Shown here: piece by piece, positions 37,867 to 52,189 of the stretch
Numbering within the stretch: the stretch's first letter is position 1
How the letters are laid out: each line of letters begins with the position of its first letter
Assembly (NCBI RefSeq): GCF_009914755.1
Contig: NC_060927.1
Source of the DNA: the human T2T-CHM13v2.0 reference genome, Homo sapiens
Length of the DNA stretch: 64,000 nt
Reading direction: 5' to 3' (one strand)
Notes under the pieces: generated by a model
Databases searched by the model: none
The model's input: only the letters and a program-made list of their open reading frames with translations
Told to the model about the DNA's origin: nothing
Program-made: the position numbers and the translations under genes

Positions 37867-39910
37867 TGAAGTGTCACTTACTTGCCAAGACCATTATGGA
37901 CACACACCTTTGAACGTAGTGTGTGTGGGGTGGTGATGAGAACTCTGGGCTAGGAATTAGAATACCCAAGTCCACTATTTACCTAACTGAAAATAAAACT
38001 GTTAACCTCTTTAGGCCTTAATCTCATCTTTATTAATATGCATGACTTACTGATCTTTTCAGGTGAGGACAGTCTGTTCTGAAGGTCTACACATTAATGC
38101 TTCCTATTGGGAATTCAAATCGGCAATTTGTTCTTCTTCTGGTTGTTTGAATCTTCAAAATAGAGGGAAGACACCTGGATGAAACATTTTCACAGACTCT
38201 GCAATTCCCTTAAGAGGATCCCAGAGCCCTTAAGCTTCTCTTAGATTCCTCTGATTTTTTTCAGCCCAAGGACTGTTACCACATGTCTTCCATCTTGCCC
38301 ACAATTTTAGCAGGTGTGTGTAGGTGGAGCTCAAAGTTAAAAATAACTCCAGTAAACTCACATATCTTTTTTCACAAATTGCTGTTCAGTTGAAACTCTT
38401 AAATAGCCAGCGTTTTGCTGAGTGGTTAAACAGAACTATAAACAGAGACAGTGGTGCCACTAATAACTAAACTGTGCCTCTACCCCCTCACCCTAAAACC
38501 AACCTCCCTAAACCACATAGTAGCAACGTGATAATAATTACCTACATACATAAAGCACCAAAAGTATGATGGAATCTTTATTGGCAATGATTCCAATGTT
38601 GGATCACATGCTGAGAAAAAGGGTGTAACACTAATGAGCTTCTTAGAGCATAAATTCCAACAAATAAGTTATGTAGCTTCAGTACCTTAAATAAGAGAGC
38701 AGCCTGGCTCCAGAACCAGGGCAAGACTGAGAGGGGAATACCCAGTTCTGTCACCTTGGGAAAGTCAATTCAATTATTTGGTGATTTAAACTTGCTAATC
38801 CCATATTGGTTTAATTGTTGGTGGCCTTGGAGATACGAGGCAAAGCTATAGAAGGAAGGGATGTCTGCTGAAGGACTCAGATGAAGGATCACTTTGCCAT
38901 TTCATGTGACTGAAGAATGTTTCATGGGGTTACTTTGAAACCCACCGAAATATCTGCATACTGGAATGAACTGGACATACGATTTTAAGCACATTGAAAC
39001 AGAGTAATAGACTTCTCCCAACTTCTGTTCTATACAGCCATCTAAGCCCACAGCACTAATTCTTTCATTCTTTCACACCTTCATGAATGTGATCTATTAA
39101 CAAAGAAATTCCTATATCATGGCTATGAATTAGCAAATGGTATCATCCTAAAACTTTAGAGATTTATGGGAAGAAACAGTAGAGATAAGAATGAAGAAAA
39201 AAAGAATGGATTAGTTTCCATTATCCTCATAGAGATGAATTGCCTACCTAGGAATTTAAGAAGACCCCTGGCAAACAAAACAAAACCAACCAAACAAAAA
39301 GCTTGATAAATTCCTCCTGACTGAACAAACAGGGCCTAGAAATGAGGATTAGTTACTGGCAATGAATATATGTGAGGAGCAAATTATAATCATGTTAGAG
39401 CTTCCAACAAACCCTATACAATGTTCAAGGATTTATACAGAGTGGGAATAATCCTGCAGTGGCACCCCAAATGGCCTGAGATGTGCATGTTGAACTGAAG
39501 GTCATGAGAATACTAGGCTAGTTTAGAGCGGGGATTCTTGTCTCAGTGGGTTTCCTTCTGTTTGGTTAGGTAGAAAGTTTGGGGAAGGGAGAAAAGGCTT
39601 AGGAGTTGGAAAGAATGTTTAGCCCCAAAGGATGTTTCTGTTCAAATCTGGTTTCTTCTGCCTGTATTCACCAACATACACCCATACCCATACTGTCTCT
39701 CAAAATATTACTATTTCTCAATAAATTCAAATTTTTTCTTTTTCTCACAGTCTTTTCCTAAAGATTTGAACACTATTATATTTGCTCCATATAACCTTCA
39801 ATAGCACATAGGTCCTTAAACTAAACAAACATAAATATCCTACCATCACATAAGAATGAATAAACATAAAAACCTTCACCAATATTTCTATATATAGTAT
39901 CTGTAACTGT

Positions 39911-39963
39911 TTATCTATTATCTATCTATCTATCTATCTATTATCTATCTATCATCTATCTAT
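39911..39963. repeat. Imperfect (TATC)n / GATA tetranucleotide STR
   Basis: ttatctattatctatctatctatctatctattatctatctatcatctatctat. Confidence 0.93.
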
Positions 39964-41531
39964 AAAAATAGTAATAACAAGGATACCAGTATGGACAAAT
40001 AGTCCATTAAAAAAGAACTTATTGCTATTAAAAGAATAAATAATAATTCAATGAGATCAGAGAGAAGATTGAGTCAATAAAACAAAAGTAGAGAATCATG
40101 AAACAATAATTTTTCATGGAAATAGGAAAAAGTTCTTGGAGACAAAAAATTAATTGGAATTAAAAAAAGATCTTCAAAGAAGTCTATTGCAGTAGGACTT
40201 CTGGACTAACTTGAATAATTTATCTGTTTCTTATTTCATTTTCCATTAGCCTTCCCAAAAGCTTATGTAGCTAGAACTCAGATAAAACAAATTTACCAAA
40301 AGAAAAAGAGTCTCAATTGTTTGGTGTTGTGAACACAGAAAGAAGGTTTGCTCCAGTCTCTGGCCAGGTGAATACCAGAGAAAGCTAATACTTTCCCTAA
40401 TGATGGATATGGCGTGGCCATGAACCTGCTCCTTGTGAACTCTGCTTTTTATCATCTGCAGAGACCAGGGAAGTGTGGATATATTAATCAAATGCAGTAA
40501 TCCCGTTGTTTGTCTACAGACCAGCCCTTTTATAGCATTTCTTTTCTCCGTACTTGTTTATCAAAACAGGCTCAGATTTGCACTTCCTCAAGGATGTAAC
40601 ATCAGAAGTGAGAAATTGTTTTTCAGCAACTGATATCCTCCTAAGAATATCCAGAAGAGTGGGGTTGAATTATTCTTAATTTCTTTGTTTTTTAAGGAAA
40701 CAAAAGTTGACTAATGATTAGAGTGACCACGTAATGTATTTTCCAAACCAGACCCTTTCTAAGAGTTAAAATAAGAACAATTAGTTGTGCTAGGAAAATG
40801 GGCAAAATGAGATTAATGAGTCCCTTACCTATAATAAAAATAAAAACATATGTCTACCCAGGTTTCATTGATTTATCACACATTTCAGACCAAAACACAA
40901 TGTCCAACACAAACTTAGTCATGTGATTTTAATTTTAATTTTCTTTTGAGGGAAAAACATGTATTAATCTATTGAAAAATGCTCTATGGAGGCTGACACA
41001 TGCTTTCTTTTTTCCCTGATCCTTCTAAGGTAAGACAGTCATAAAGAAAACTTAAATAAATCAGTTACATGAAATAATGAACAATGATGCCCCTCACAGG
41101 AAACAGATTTAGGAGCCTGGTAACTGCAAGAGAAATACTCCCAGAGCTCAGAGAAAAATGAAGATATTAAAACTTTGTAAGAAAAGATATGTGGGGAACA
41201 GATGTAGGATATCAACTATACTTACAACAAAACTTAGAGAAAGAGCAGACTGTAAAACTGAAAATAAGAGACAACTGTGTAAAAGTACATTTCTCTAAGA
41301 TTAAAACAAAATACAATCCCACCAAAACCAAATCTAGAGGTATGAAAGATTCGCTAAGGTCTAGACAAGATGAATAAATAGACACTCATTCCCCAAGATA
41401 GCCTAAAAATATTTTGAAATTCTAGGAATAAAGAAAAACCAAAATCCAAATCCAATACATGTCCATACAAGACAAAGGTAAAATAAAAAGTAAGCAATCA
41501 TTTATTTATTCAGCAAGCATTTCCTGAGTAC

Positions 41532-41988
41532 TGTGATGAATTGTGTTGTTCCCAAATTGCTGCCCTACCCGAAAAAGGATTAATACATCCCTGCTTGTTG
41601 CTTTGTGACTTGCAGTGTTTCCCTGTAGGAGAAACATGGCTCCCTGTTGTTCTTAGGCTTACCCATATGACTTCTTTTGGCCAATGGATTATGAGCAGGA
41701 GTGTTGTGTACAACATCTAAGCAGAAGATTTAAGAATGAGCTTTACCTGTGGTTCTGCTATTGTTCTTTCCTTTCTGCCAGGAGAAAAGATGTCCTAGAA
41801 AGGATCTGCTCTATCAGCATGGATTCTGGGATTTAAAAAAAGATATAAAGAGACCTACAGCTGTAGAACAGAGTTTCAGCCTACCTGCTGCCAACACATA
41901 ATGTGACTGAGATAAACTCTTGTTGATTAAATCAACTGAGCAGTTAGTTACCTGTTTCAGCAGTATAACAAAGAAAAAACTGACTAAT
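41532..41988 (+). mobile_element. MLT1H-like solo LTR inserted in an L2 tail
   Basis: TGTGATG start, catatgacttcttttggccaatgg, ends aactgactaata; L2 tail cattc..caagcattt..gagtac directly upstream. Confidence 0.75.
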
Positions 41989-42637
41989 AAAAGTTCCTAG
42001 GATGTTCCAGTTACTCTGCCTGGTGCTTGAAAATTAGCCGTCACGAATCTGCATGTTCATAGAACTTAGACTCTAGTAAGTTCTAAGTTGTATTATTATT
42101 TTCCTAAAGAACTAAAAAAATCAACTGCAAAAGTAGTAGGACTAATAAAAGAGTTTCCTACAGTGGCTAGTTAGAAAAATATGCATATAAAACACAATTA
42201 GGTTTATTGCATACTTGTGGATATTATTAGGAAAAATATCTCTGTCTTCATAGCAAGAAAATTATATAACATCCAGGAATATATAGTCAACAAGAAATGT
42301 GGCACAAGGAAAACTTTACTAAGAGATACAAAGTGAATGAGAAGATTTAGCACTGTGAAGGTATTAATTTTCACCCAAGTAACTTATACACTTACTGTAA
42401 GGAAAAAGCTGAAGTTTAGAAATTGTAAATAACTTACTTGAGGCTGCAGTGCCAGCAAGAAAGGAAGTCAGACTCTGAAATCTAATCTCTCAGACCGTTT
42501 TCATAATTTCATATACCGCCAACCTGCTAAGAAACAAAATGTATGTGTTTTGGAATAAAGGTAACATTTAACCCTAAAATTCCACGAGGAAAGCAGGTGT
42601 ATATGTTCTGACTAAGTGAGAGAATCATTAGTTTAAT

Positions 42638-42960
42638 TTAGACCTTCCTCAAAGGTTTCTTTTCTATTGCTTTCTTCACACATGGATAACTCCAGGTACA
42701 TCATCCACATCATCTAGATGCTGGAAGCATTGCTATTTTCAACAAAAATAATCCTTATTCAAAGTTTCAGTAGTGTTCTGGCTGAATCTTCAGACACCAA
42801 TGCCACTTCCCTGATGGATCCCAGGGCAACTACTACATTCTTGAGGGCCAATACTGACTTTTGCCCTTGTCCTTGTTCTTGTTCTTGATGATATTTATCA
42901 AGTAGTTTCAGTAGTCACTGAAAGCTGTGGATCCCGTGCCTTGCCCTCTCTCCTGTGGTT
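42638..42960 (-). pseudogene. Highly diverged uL30 (RPL7/RPL7L1-like) pseudogene fragment
   Basis: Manual translation gives FQ*LLKLLDKYHQEQ...VVALGSIREVALVSEDSARTLLKL*IRIIFVENSNASSI*MMWMM, then after a frameshift TWSYPCVKK. This resembles recalled RPL7L1 FKRLESFLHD...[30 protein letters not shown]...TWGFPNLK and RPL7 ...KASINMLRIV...AWGYPNLK. Confidence 0.45.
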
Positions 42961-45164
42961 GCTCTTGATAATGTATGACAACCATGTCCTAATTCATGTG
43001 CTTATTAGTCATCCCTCTTTGCACTTTCTCCAATGTCACCTTGGTCACTTTTGGTGCTTTTTGATACTCTGGCCCAAGAGACTAGGGTTTTTGATACCTG
43101 GTGCTATGAACCTTTTTTTGTGGTTCTCAAACAAGGTAAGCTTGAGAGTTTAATTTTTTAATTATTATTTTTTAATTGACAAGTAAAAATTGTGTATATT
43201 TATAGTATACAACATGATGCTTTGATACGTGTATACATTGTGAAATAGCTGAATCAAGCTACTTATGCATTACATACTTATTTTTTACAGTGATAACATT
43301 TAAAATCTACTCTCTGCACTTTTCAGGCATACAACATATTGCAATTAGCTGTAGACATCAAGAATGTACAATAAATCTCATGAACTTATTGCTCCTGTCT
43401 GACTAAAATTTAGTGTTTTTTTTGACCAACGTCCCTCTCCCACTCCCCAGTCTTTGGTAGCCATCATTTTACTCTTCGTTTCTATGAATTCGAGTTTTAC
43501 CCTCCATATATAAGTAAGATCCGGTGGTATTTGCCTTTCTGTGCCTGGCTTATTTCACTTAACATAGTGACCTCCAGGTTCATTTATGTTGTTGGAAGTG
43601 ACAGAATTTTCTTCATTTTTAAGGCTGGATAGTATTCCATTGTGTTTATATACACCATATTTTCTTTATCCATTTATTTGTTGATGGATACTTAGGTTGA
43701 TTCCATATCTTGGGTATTGTGAATAATGCTACAGTAAACGTGAGCGTATAGTTAACTCTTTGACGTCTGATTTCAGATCCTTTAGATATATGCATAGAAG
43801 TGAAATTGCTGGATCATATGGTAGCTTTATTATTATTTTTTTGACAGGACCTCCATATGGTTTTCCACATGGCTGTACTAATTAACATTTCCTCCAACAG
43901 TGTGCAAGGGTTCCCTTTTCTCCGTATCCTCAACAGCACTTTTTTTTTTTTTTTTTTTTTTTTTGTCTTTTTGATGATATCCATTCTAACAGCTATGAGG
44001 TGACAGATCATTATGGTTTTAGTTTGGGTTTCTCTGATAATTAGTGATGTTGGGCACCTTTTCATATACCTGCTGCCCATTTGTGTATCTTGTTTTGAGA
44101 AATGTCTGTCCAGGCCTTTTGTCCATTTTTAATCTGTTGTTTTATTTTCTTAATACTGAGCTGTTTGAATTTCATATATCTTGAATATTAACCCCTTATC
44201 AGATGTATGGTTTGCAAATATATTCTTCCATTTTGTAGGTTGTCTCTTCACTCTGTTGATTGTTTTCTTTGCTATGCTAAAGCTTTGTAGTTTGATGTAA
44301 TCCCATCAGTCTATTTTTGCTTTTGTCGCCTATGCTTTCGAGTTCATATCCAACAAGTCCTTGACAAGACCAGCTTCATGTAGTATTTCTCCTACGTTTT
44401 CTTCTAGTAGTTTTACAGTTTTAGATGTTATGTTTGTTATTAATTCATTTTGAATTGATTTTTTGTATATAGTTTGAGAAGAGGGTTTAATTTCATTCTT
44501 CTGCATGTAGATATCAAGTTTTCTAATCACCAATTTATTGAAGAAGCTACCCTTTCTCCATTGTGTGTGCTTGGTATCTTTTCTGAAAGTCAATTGGCCA
44601 TAAGTGGATGGGTTCATTTCTGGGCTCTCTATTCGATGTATCTGTTTCTATGCCAATACCATGCTGTGTTGATTAATGCAGATTTGTAGTAAATTTTGAA
44701 ATCAGGTAGTATGATGTCTTCGTCTTTGTTCTTTTTGTTCAGAATTGCTTTGGCTATTCAAGGTTATTTATGGTTGCATATGACTTTTAGAATTGTTTTG
44801 TCTATTTCTGTGAAAAATATCATTGGAATTTTGATAAGGATTGCATTGAATATTTAGACCACTTTTAGTAGTATTTTAACAATATTAATTATTCCAATCC
44901 ATGAATACAGGATTTCTTTCCATTTATCTGTGTCTTCTTCCATTTCCTTCATCAACATTTTATAGATTTCAGTGTACAGATCTTTCACTGTACACTGTGA
45001 AATTTATCTCTAAGTTTTTTTATAGCTATTGTAAATGATATTTTAAAGAATTTCTTTTTTGGATAGTTTGCTGCTAGCGTAATGTAGTGATAGTTTGCAT
45101 ACTAATGATTTCTGTGTGCTGATCTTGTATCTGCAAAAATTAGTAAGCAAGTTGTTTATGAATT

Positions 45165-45587
45165 CTAACAGTTTTTGGTGGAGTCTTTAGGACTTTGTAT
45201 AAATAAGATCATGTCATCTACAAACAGAGACAATTTAACTACTTCTTTTAAACCAGTTTGAATCCCTTTTATTTCTTTCTTTTGCCTGATTGTTCTGGCT
45301 AGGACTTCTAGTACTATGTTGAATAGAAGTAGCAAAAGTGGGCAACCTTGTTGTATTGCTTCTGCTCTTACAGAAAAAGCTTTCAACTTTTCACCATTGA
45401 GTATGATGTTAGCTGTAGGCTTTTGATATATGGGCTTTATTGTGTTGAGGTACATGTCTTCTATACCTAACTTGTTGAGAGTTTTTATTATGAAAGGGAG
45501 TTGAATTTTGTCAAATACCTTTTCCACAACTGTTGAGTGATCACATTTTTTTTCTTTAATTTTGTTAATGTGGTGTATCACATTCAT
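45165..45587 (-). pseudogene. L1 ORF2 reverse transcriptase domain remnant
   Basis: ...[16 protein letters not shown]...[31 protein letters not shown]...[11 protein letters not shown] (FADD catalytic motif decayed to FVDD). Confidence 0.95.
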
Positions 45588-47194
45588 AGTTTTGCATATA
45601 TCCAGTGATCACAGGAATAAATCCCAGTTGATCATGGTGAATGATATTTTAAATGTACTGTTTAATTTGGTTTGTGGCACTGGGTTGAAAACTTTTGCAT
45701 CTACTTTCATTAGGCATATTGGCTTGTAATTTTTTTTTTTTCTTATAGTGTCCTTCTCTGGCTGTAGTAGCAGGGTAATGCTGGACTTGTAAAATGGGTT
45801 TGGAAGTATTCCTTGCTCTTAATTTTTTGAAACAGTTTGAGAAGGCTTGGTATTCTTTAAATATTTGGTAACATTCAGCTGTGAAGCTATCAGGTCCTGG
45901 GGTTTTCTTTTGTCATCGGAAATTTTTAATGACTCTTTCAATCTCCTTACTTGTTACTGATCTGTTCAGATTTTCTGTTTCTTCCTGATTTAGTTTTGGT
46001 CTAGAATATTATCCATTTCTTCCAGATTATCCAGTTTGTTGGTTTATAATTGTTCATAAGAGCCTTTTATGATTCTTTGTATTTCTGTGGTATTAATTGT
46101 AATGTCTTCTTTTAAGATTCTGATTTTAGTTATTTGAGTCCTCTCTTTTTTAGTCTAGTTAAATATTTTTCAGTTTTGTTTATCCTTTTATAAAACCAAC
46201 TGTTTGGTTAATCTTATCTGTTGTTTTTCTAATCTATATTTTTTTATTTCTGTTCAGATCTTAATTATTTTATTCCTTGTGCTGATTTTGGGCTTAGTTG
46301 GTTTTCTTTTCCTAGTTCCTTGAGATTGACATTTGATTGTTATTTGAGATCTTTCTTCTTTTTTCAAGTTGGTATTTCTTGCTATAAAATATCCCATTAG
46401 AACTGCTTCTGCTACATCCCATAATTTTTGGGATGTTGTGTTTTCATTTTTGTTTGTCTCAAGAAATATCTGTATTTCCCTTTTAATTTCTTCATTGACC
46501 CATTGGTTGTTCAGGAGCATGTTGCTTAATTTCCATGTTTGTAAATTTTTTGAAGTTTCTCCTATTACTGATTTTAGTTTCATACCATTGTGTTTCAAAA
46601 AGATACTTTATATAATTTCAATCTCAAATTTGTTTAAACTTATTTTGTGGCCTAACGTGATCTACTCTGGAGACTGTTTCTTGTGTCTTGAGAAGAATGT
46701 GCATTCTGCAGCTATTGGATAGAATGTTCATTTATCTGTTAGATCCATTTAGTCTAAAGTGTAGTTCAAGTCCAATGTTTCTTTTTTGATTTTCAGTCTG
46801 GATGATCTGTCCATAGTTGAAAGTTGGGTATTGGAGTACCTACTGTTATTGTATTACAGTCTATGTCTCTTTTCAGGTCTATTAATATTGTCTTCACATC
46901 TTTAGATGCTCTGATTTTGGATGAATATATATTTATAATTATATCTTCCAGATGAGTTGACCCCTTTATCATATAGAATGATCTTCTCTGTGTTGTTTTA
47001 CAGTTTCAAATTAGTCTGTTTTATCTAACATAAATACAACTACCCTTACTTTCTTTTGGATTTTATTTTTATGGAATATCTTTTTCCATCCTTTCACTTT
47101 TAATCTATGTGTGTTCTTAAAGGTGAAGTACATTTCTTATTGGCAACACATAGTTGGGTCTTGTTTATGTATTCAGTGACTTTATATATTTTGA

Positions 47195-47926
<732 letters not shown>

Positions 47927-48370
47927 TGATAACAATGTGTCTTTGACAGCATAAAAAACTATACTTTTACTTCATCCCCTTATATTTTATGTTTATGGCA
48001 CATTTTACATCATTTTATATTGTATATCTCTTAAATATTATAATTATTCTTATTTTTAATAGTTTTATCTTTTAACCTTTATACCAAAAATACAGATAAT
48101 TTATACACCACTATTACAGTATTGGAGCATTCTAAATTTGCATCTGTACTTTTACCATGGAGTTTTTACTTTCATATATTTTATATTACTACTTAGTGTG
48201 CATTCCTTCAGCTTCAGTAACTTCCTTTAGCATTTCTTGCAAGACCGTTCTGATAGTCATAAACTCCTTCAGCTTTTATTTGTCTGGAAAGTCTTTATCT
48301 CTTCATTTCTGAGGAACACCTTTGCCAGACAAACTGCTCTTGGTTGGCAGTTTTAAATTTATTTAGCAGT

Positions 48371-48396
48371 TTCTCTCTTTCTTTCTTTTCTTTTCC

Positions 48397-48446
<50 letters not shown>

Positions 48447-48802
48447 CTCTTTCTCTCTTTCTCTCTTTCTTTCTCTTTTTCTTTCTTTCTTATCTCTCCC
48501 TCTCTCTCTCTCTATTTCTTTCTGACAGAGTCTCACTCTGTCACCCAGGCTGGAGTGCACTGGCACAATCTCGGCTCACTGCGAGCTCCGCCTCCTGGGT
48601 TCATGCCATTCTCCTGCCTCAGCCTCCTGAGTACCTGGGAACACAGGTGCCCGCCACCATGCCCAGCTAATTTTTTGTATTTTTAATAGAGATGGGGTTT
48701 CACCGTGTTAGCCAGGATGGTCTCGATCTCCTGACCTTGTGATCTGCCCGCCTTGGCCTCCCAAAGTGCTGGGATTACAGGCATGAGCCACCATGCCTGG
48801 CC
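48371..48802 (-). mobile_element. AluY with (CTTT)n/(CT)n expanded tail
   Basis: Y-type features gagctccgcctcc..ggttca.gccattctcc and gtgttagccaggatggtctcgatctcctgacc; TSD TATTTAGCA(G/C)TT. Confidence 0.95.
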
Positions 48803-51077
48803 TATTTAGCACTTTTAATATGTCATCTCACTCTCTCCTGGCCTGTAAGGTTTTTTTGTTGAGAAATCCGCTAACCTTAGTGAAACGTCCTCGTATGTTA
48901 TTTGCTTTTTTTTTTTTTTTTTTTTTTTCTATTTCTGATTTCAGGGTCTGCTGTCTGTTTTTGATTTTTGACCAACCATTATATGTCATGATGTATAGTT
49001 TTGTTTGGATTGAATCTGATTGGAGACTTTTGGCTCCTATACTTGGATATTTGTATTTTTCTCCAGATTTAGAAATTTTTCTATAACATTTCTTTATATA
49101 ATCTTTCTGACCTCTTTTCTCTCTCTTTTAAAAACACCTATAATTTGAATAATTGTGCTATTGATACTGTCCCACAAATACCATCAGCTTTGTTCATTCT
49201 TTTTTCTCCTCTCACTATATATTTTCAAATAACCTGTCTTCAAGTTTACAGATTCTTTTTCTGCTTGATCAGTTCTGCTGTTGACACCCTTTATTGTATT
49301 TTTCATTTCACTCATTATATTTTTTTCTCCAGAATTTGATTTTAAAAAATTATAATTTTACTGTTAAATTTCTCATTTTGGCCCCATTTACTGTTTTCCT
49401 TTTTTTAAAAAAAAATTTCTCTGTATTTTCTTGAATTTATCTGAACTTTCTTCAAGCAATCATTTTGAATTCTTTGTCAGTCATGTTCTATATCTTCATT
49501 TCTTTGGGGTCAGCTACTGGAAAATTATTGTGGGTTTTTTTTTTTTTTTTTTGGCAGTGTTATAGCTCCTTGGTTTTTAATGTTTCTTGTTGCCATACAT
49601 TGATGTTTGGCCATTTTTTTGAGCAGTCACTTCTTCCAGACTTGATGGACTTTTTTATTTTAGAAAGACCTTCCCCTATGGGGTGTGTGTGTGTGAGCGT
49701 GCTTGCTGGTTATGATACAGTGGTTCTGGCACCAGTGAAAGCTCTGGCAGCTGATATGGGCATTGACAGTGATTTCAGGGATCCTCAGAGGTCATGACTC
49801 TGTTTGTTCAAAGTGACAATGAGGGTTTTTGGGGTCTTTGGTGATGATGACTGCTTAGGATTTCCTGATCTCTTTTTCTCCCACTGGGAAAGTTGTGGTT
49901 GAGGAGATTTTTCCTAGTCTTGTGTCTGGCTTATAGAGCCACTCATGGTGGCAATGGCTCTGGTGTCTGATAAGCGATATCCGTAAAGTAGCCATGTTGC
50001 TGAGATTTGAATCCAAAGCACGCATGGAGAAATTATAGGTCCTGGATCTGAGGCAGTAATGGTACTGGAACCAGGGGTGTCGGCACTTCCACTACTGTGG
50101 TGGTAACAGTATGCAAAGCAGTGATACTTATGAAGCATCCAGGGACCTGATAAAAGGAGCACAGGCTTACACAGAGTTAGAGCAGCTCCAGGGTCAGGGC
50201 AGGGCCTAACTCTCTATGAAAGGTGATCTAGTACCTGGGGTTCAGGCACCCCCAAACCCAGCTACTTTGTTAGTAACATTATGTGAGGCACAGGTACTTG
50301 TGAAGCAGCCAGGGAGCTGAGAATGGGAGCATAGGCTTTCATACAATCAGAGTGCTCTGGGGTTAAGGTGGGGCCTAGCTCTCTATGGTGGCAGAGCCAG
50401 TGCCCAGACTATGGACATACAAAGTAAGAACCTGGTTGTGGGCCCTGGAGTGTGAAGTAGCTTGTTATGACAATGGCTCCAGTGTTTGAGACGTTGGTGG
50501 GGTAGTGCTGCCACAGAGCCCGGGTCTGTAGGAGGACGCATTCATGGGGTGGCTGTGTCTTTATGGTCAGAGTATTTCTGGGATTGAGAGAGGTGATAGC
50601 TCTGTTCCTGAAGTGGCTCAACAGAGGGTGCTTTTTGGGTGGGGGATGGGAGTGCAGCTGTGTTTCCCTTTCTCGGATTCCCCAGTGAGAATGGCTGTTT
50701 GTTACTTCAGGGGCAAAAGATGCCAGTGTTCACTGAAAAGCAGGCCACTGGGGACCATGGTGGCTCTTGCCATATGACTGATGCCAAGAGCCTTTGCCTT
50801 TCTTCCTTTTTTCTAGCCATGTCCTAGTATCTCAAGTGCGCTGAATTCACCAATGATTCTTTCTGTGTAAATATTCTTTGGGTTTTTGCTCCACCGTGTT
50901 GCTGCAAATTTTTTAATGGGTCCTTGAGTCCTCTCTGTGCTATTTTGGTTTGTGGATATCTATCTTCTATCTAATTTTTTGTGGACAGATAAAGGCTAAT
51001 ATCTCATATTCCATTGTATTGCTGATATAAATCTCCTGAATTTTGGAAAGTTTAAATTTTACTCACTTAATCTTGCA

Positions 51078-51151
51078 GTTGAATATAGCTCCCCACTCAC
51101 TAAATGTGGAAGCTGTTGAATATAGCTCTCAACTCATCAAATGTGGAAGCT
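51078..51151. repeat. 37-bp tandem duplication (2 copies)
   Basis: gttgaatatagctccccactcactaaatgtggaagct / gttgaatatagctctcaactcatcaaatgtggaagct. Confidence 0.9.
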
Positions 51152-51269
51152 AATTCAAAGAAAACATAAATGAACATCTGAATTTCTCCCCTGCTACAAT
51201 AATTTTTAATCAGGTGTATTTCCCCCACTTTCCATGCCTGTAGTTTTACCCATGTGATTAATTTCGAGA

Positions 51270-51572
51270 TGCTGGAATCAGAGTTATGTGAAATTTCTGA
51301 GCTATGTCTTGGAAGTGAGGGGTACACACCCTTTTCCTTTTTCTTCCACCCTGCTTTTCAGAGTGTGGATATAATGATGAGGCATTTTAAAAACCATGTG
51401 GACAAAACATCCATGGCAGAAAATGAGACAGTAGAAGCCTGGATCACAGATAAATTTGTAAAAACAGAAATTTCTTAACAGCTTTGACTTTTATGTGAAA
51501 GTAAAATAAACTTCTACCTAGTTTAAGCCCGTATTATTTTGTTGTCACATGGAGGCAATTTTGTACTGAAAC
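51270..51572 (+). mobile_element. MLT1J-like LTR fragment
   Basis: gacagtagaagcctggatc...ttttatgtgaaagtaaaataaacttctacctagtttaagcc...actgaaaca. Confidence 0.65.
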
Positions 51573-52189
51573 ACCTTTCTCTCAAAGGCATCATGTAGAC
51601 TTAGCTGATTCACCCAATACTATTTCTTAACGGTAAGATCCCTTCTTTTACGGAATACTACCTTCAAAGTTAATATTTGATGTACTTGATACTTTGGGTT
51701 TCAGGAGCTAGCCCCACAATTTACATCTGTCTATCCCACACTGTCAGGCCCACATTTACAAGATGAACATCTGCAGGAGACCTTTGCTCTATTATCAATT
51801 CGAAGTGTTTCCTGCAAAGTCCACCAAATATTCAAGGTAAGTATAGAAACTGAGTATTCATTACCTTTGGACACACTGGGACACATCAAAATTTTGTGTA
51901 TATAATTTTTGAGAGGAAGGTTCATAGCTTTTTTAAAAGCAGATTTTAGAGATAATTGACTTAAAACAGATTAGTAATCTCTATGGTGTTTACCAGAGCC
52001 ACAGATACCAGCAGAACCTATTTATCCTGCCTCCCAGTGCTCATTGTCTGAGTAGAGGTCTCACCCAGAAAATAAAGAATTGAATATCAGAACACAGGTT
52101 ATCTGATTTTAATCATTCCTGACATTTGTTATTTATATCAACAAGCCCTACTGAGAGAGAATGAAGCCAAATACTTTATAAAAATGCAT

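Noticed and set aside
39980-41480. Possible HAL1/L1 ORF1-like A-rich fragments
   Set aside because: Too degraded to delimit or classify by eye.
43133-43141. Strong + strand splice donor AAG/GTAAGC
   Set aside because: No convincing paired acceptor was found; isolated consensus donors are common.
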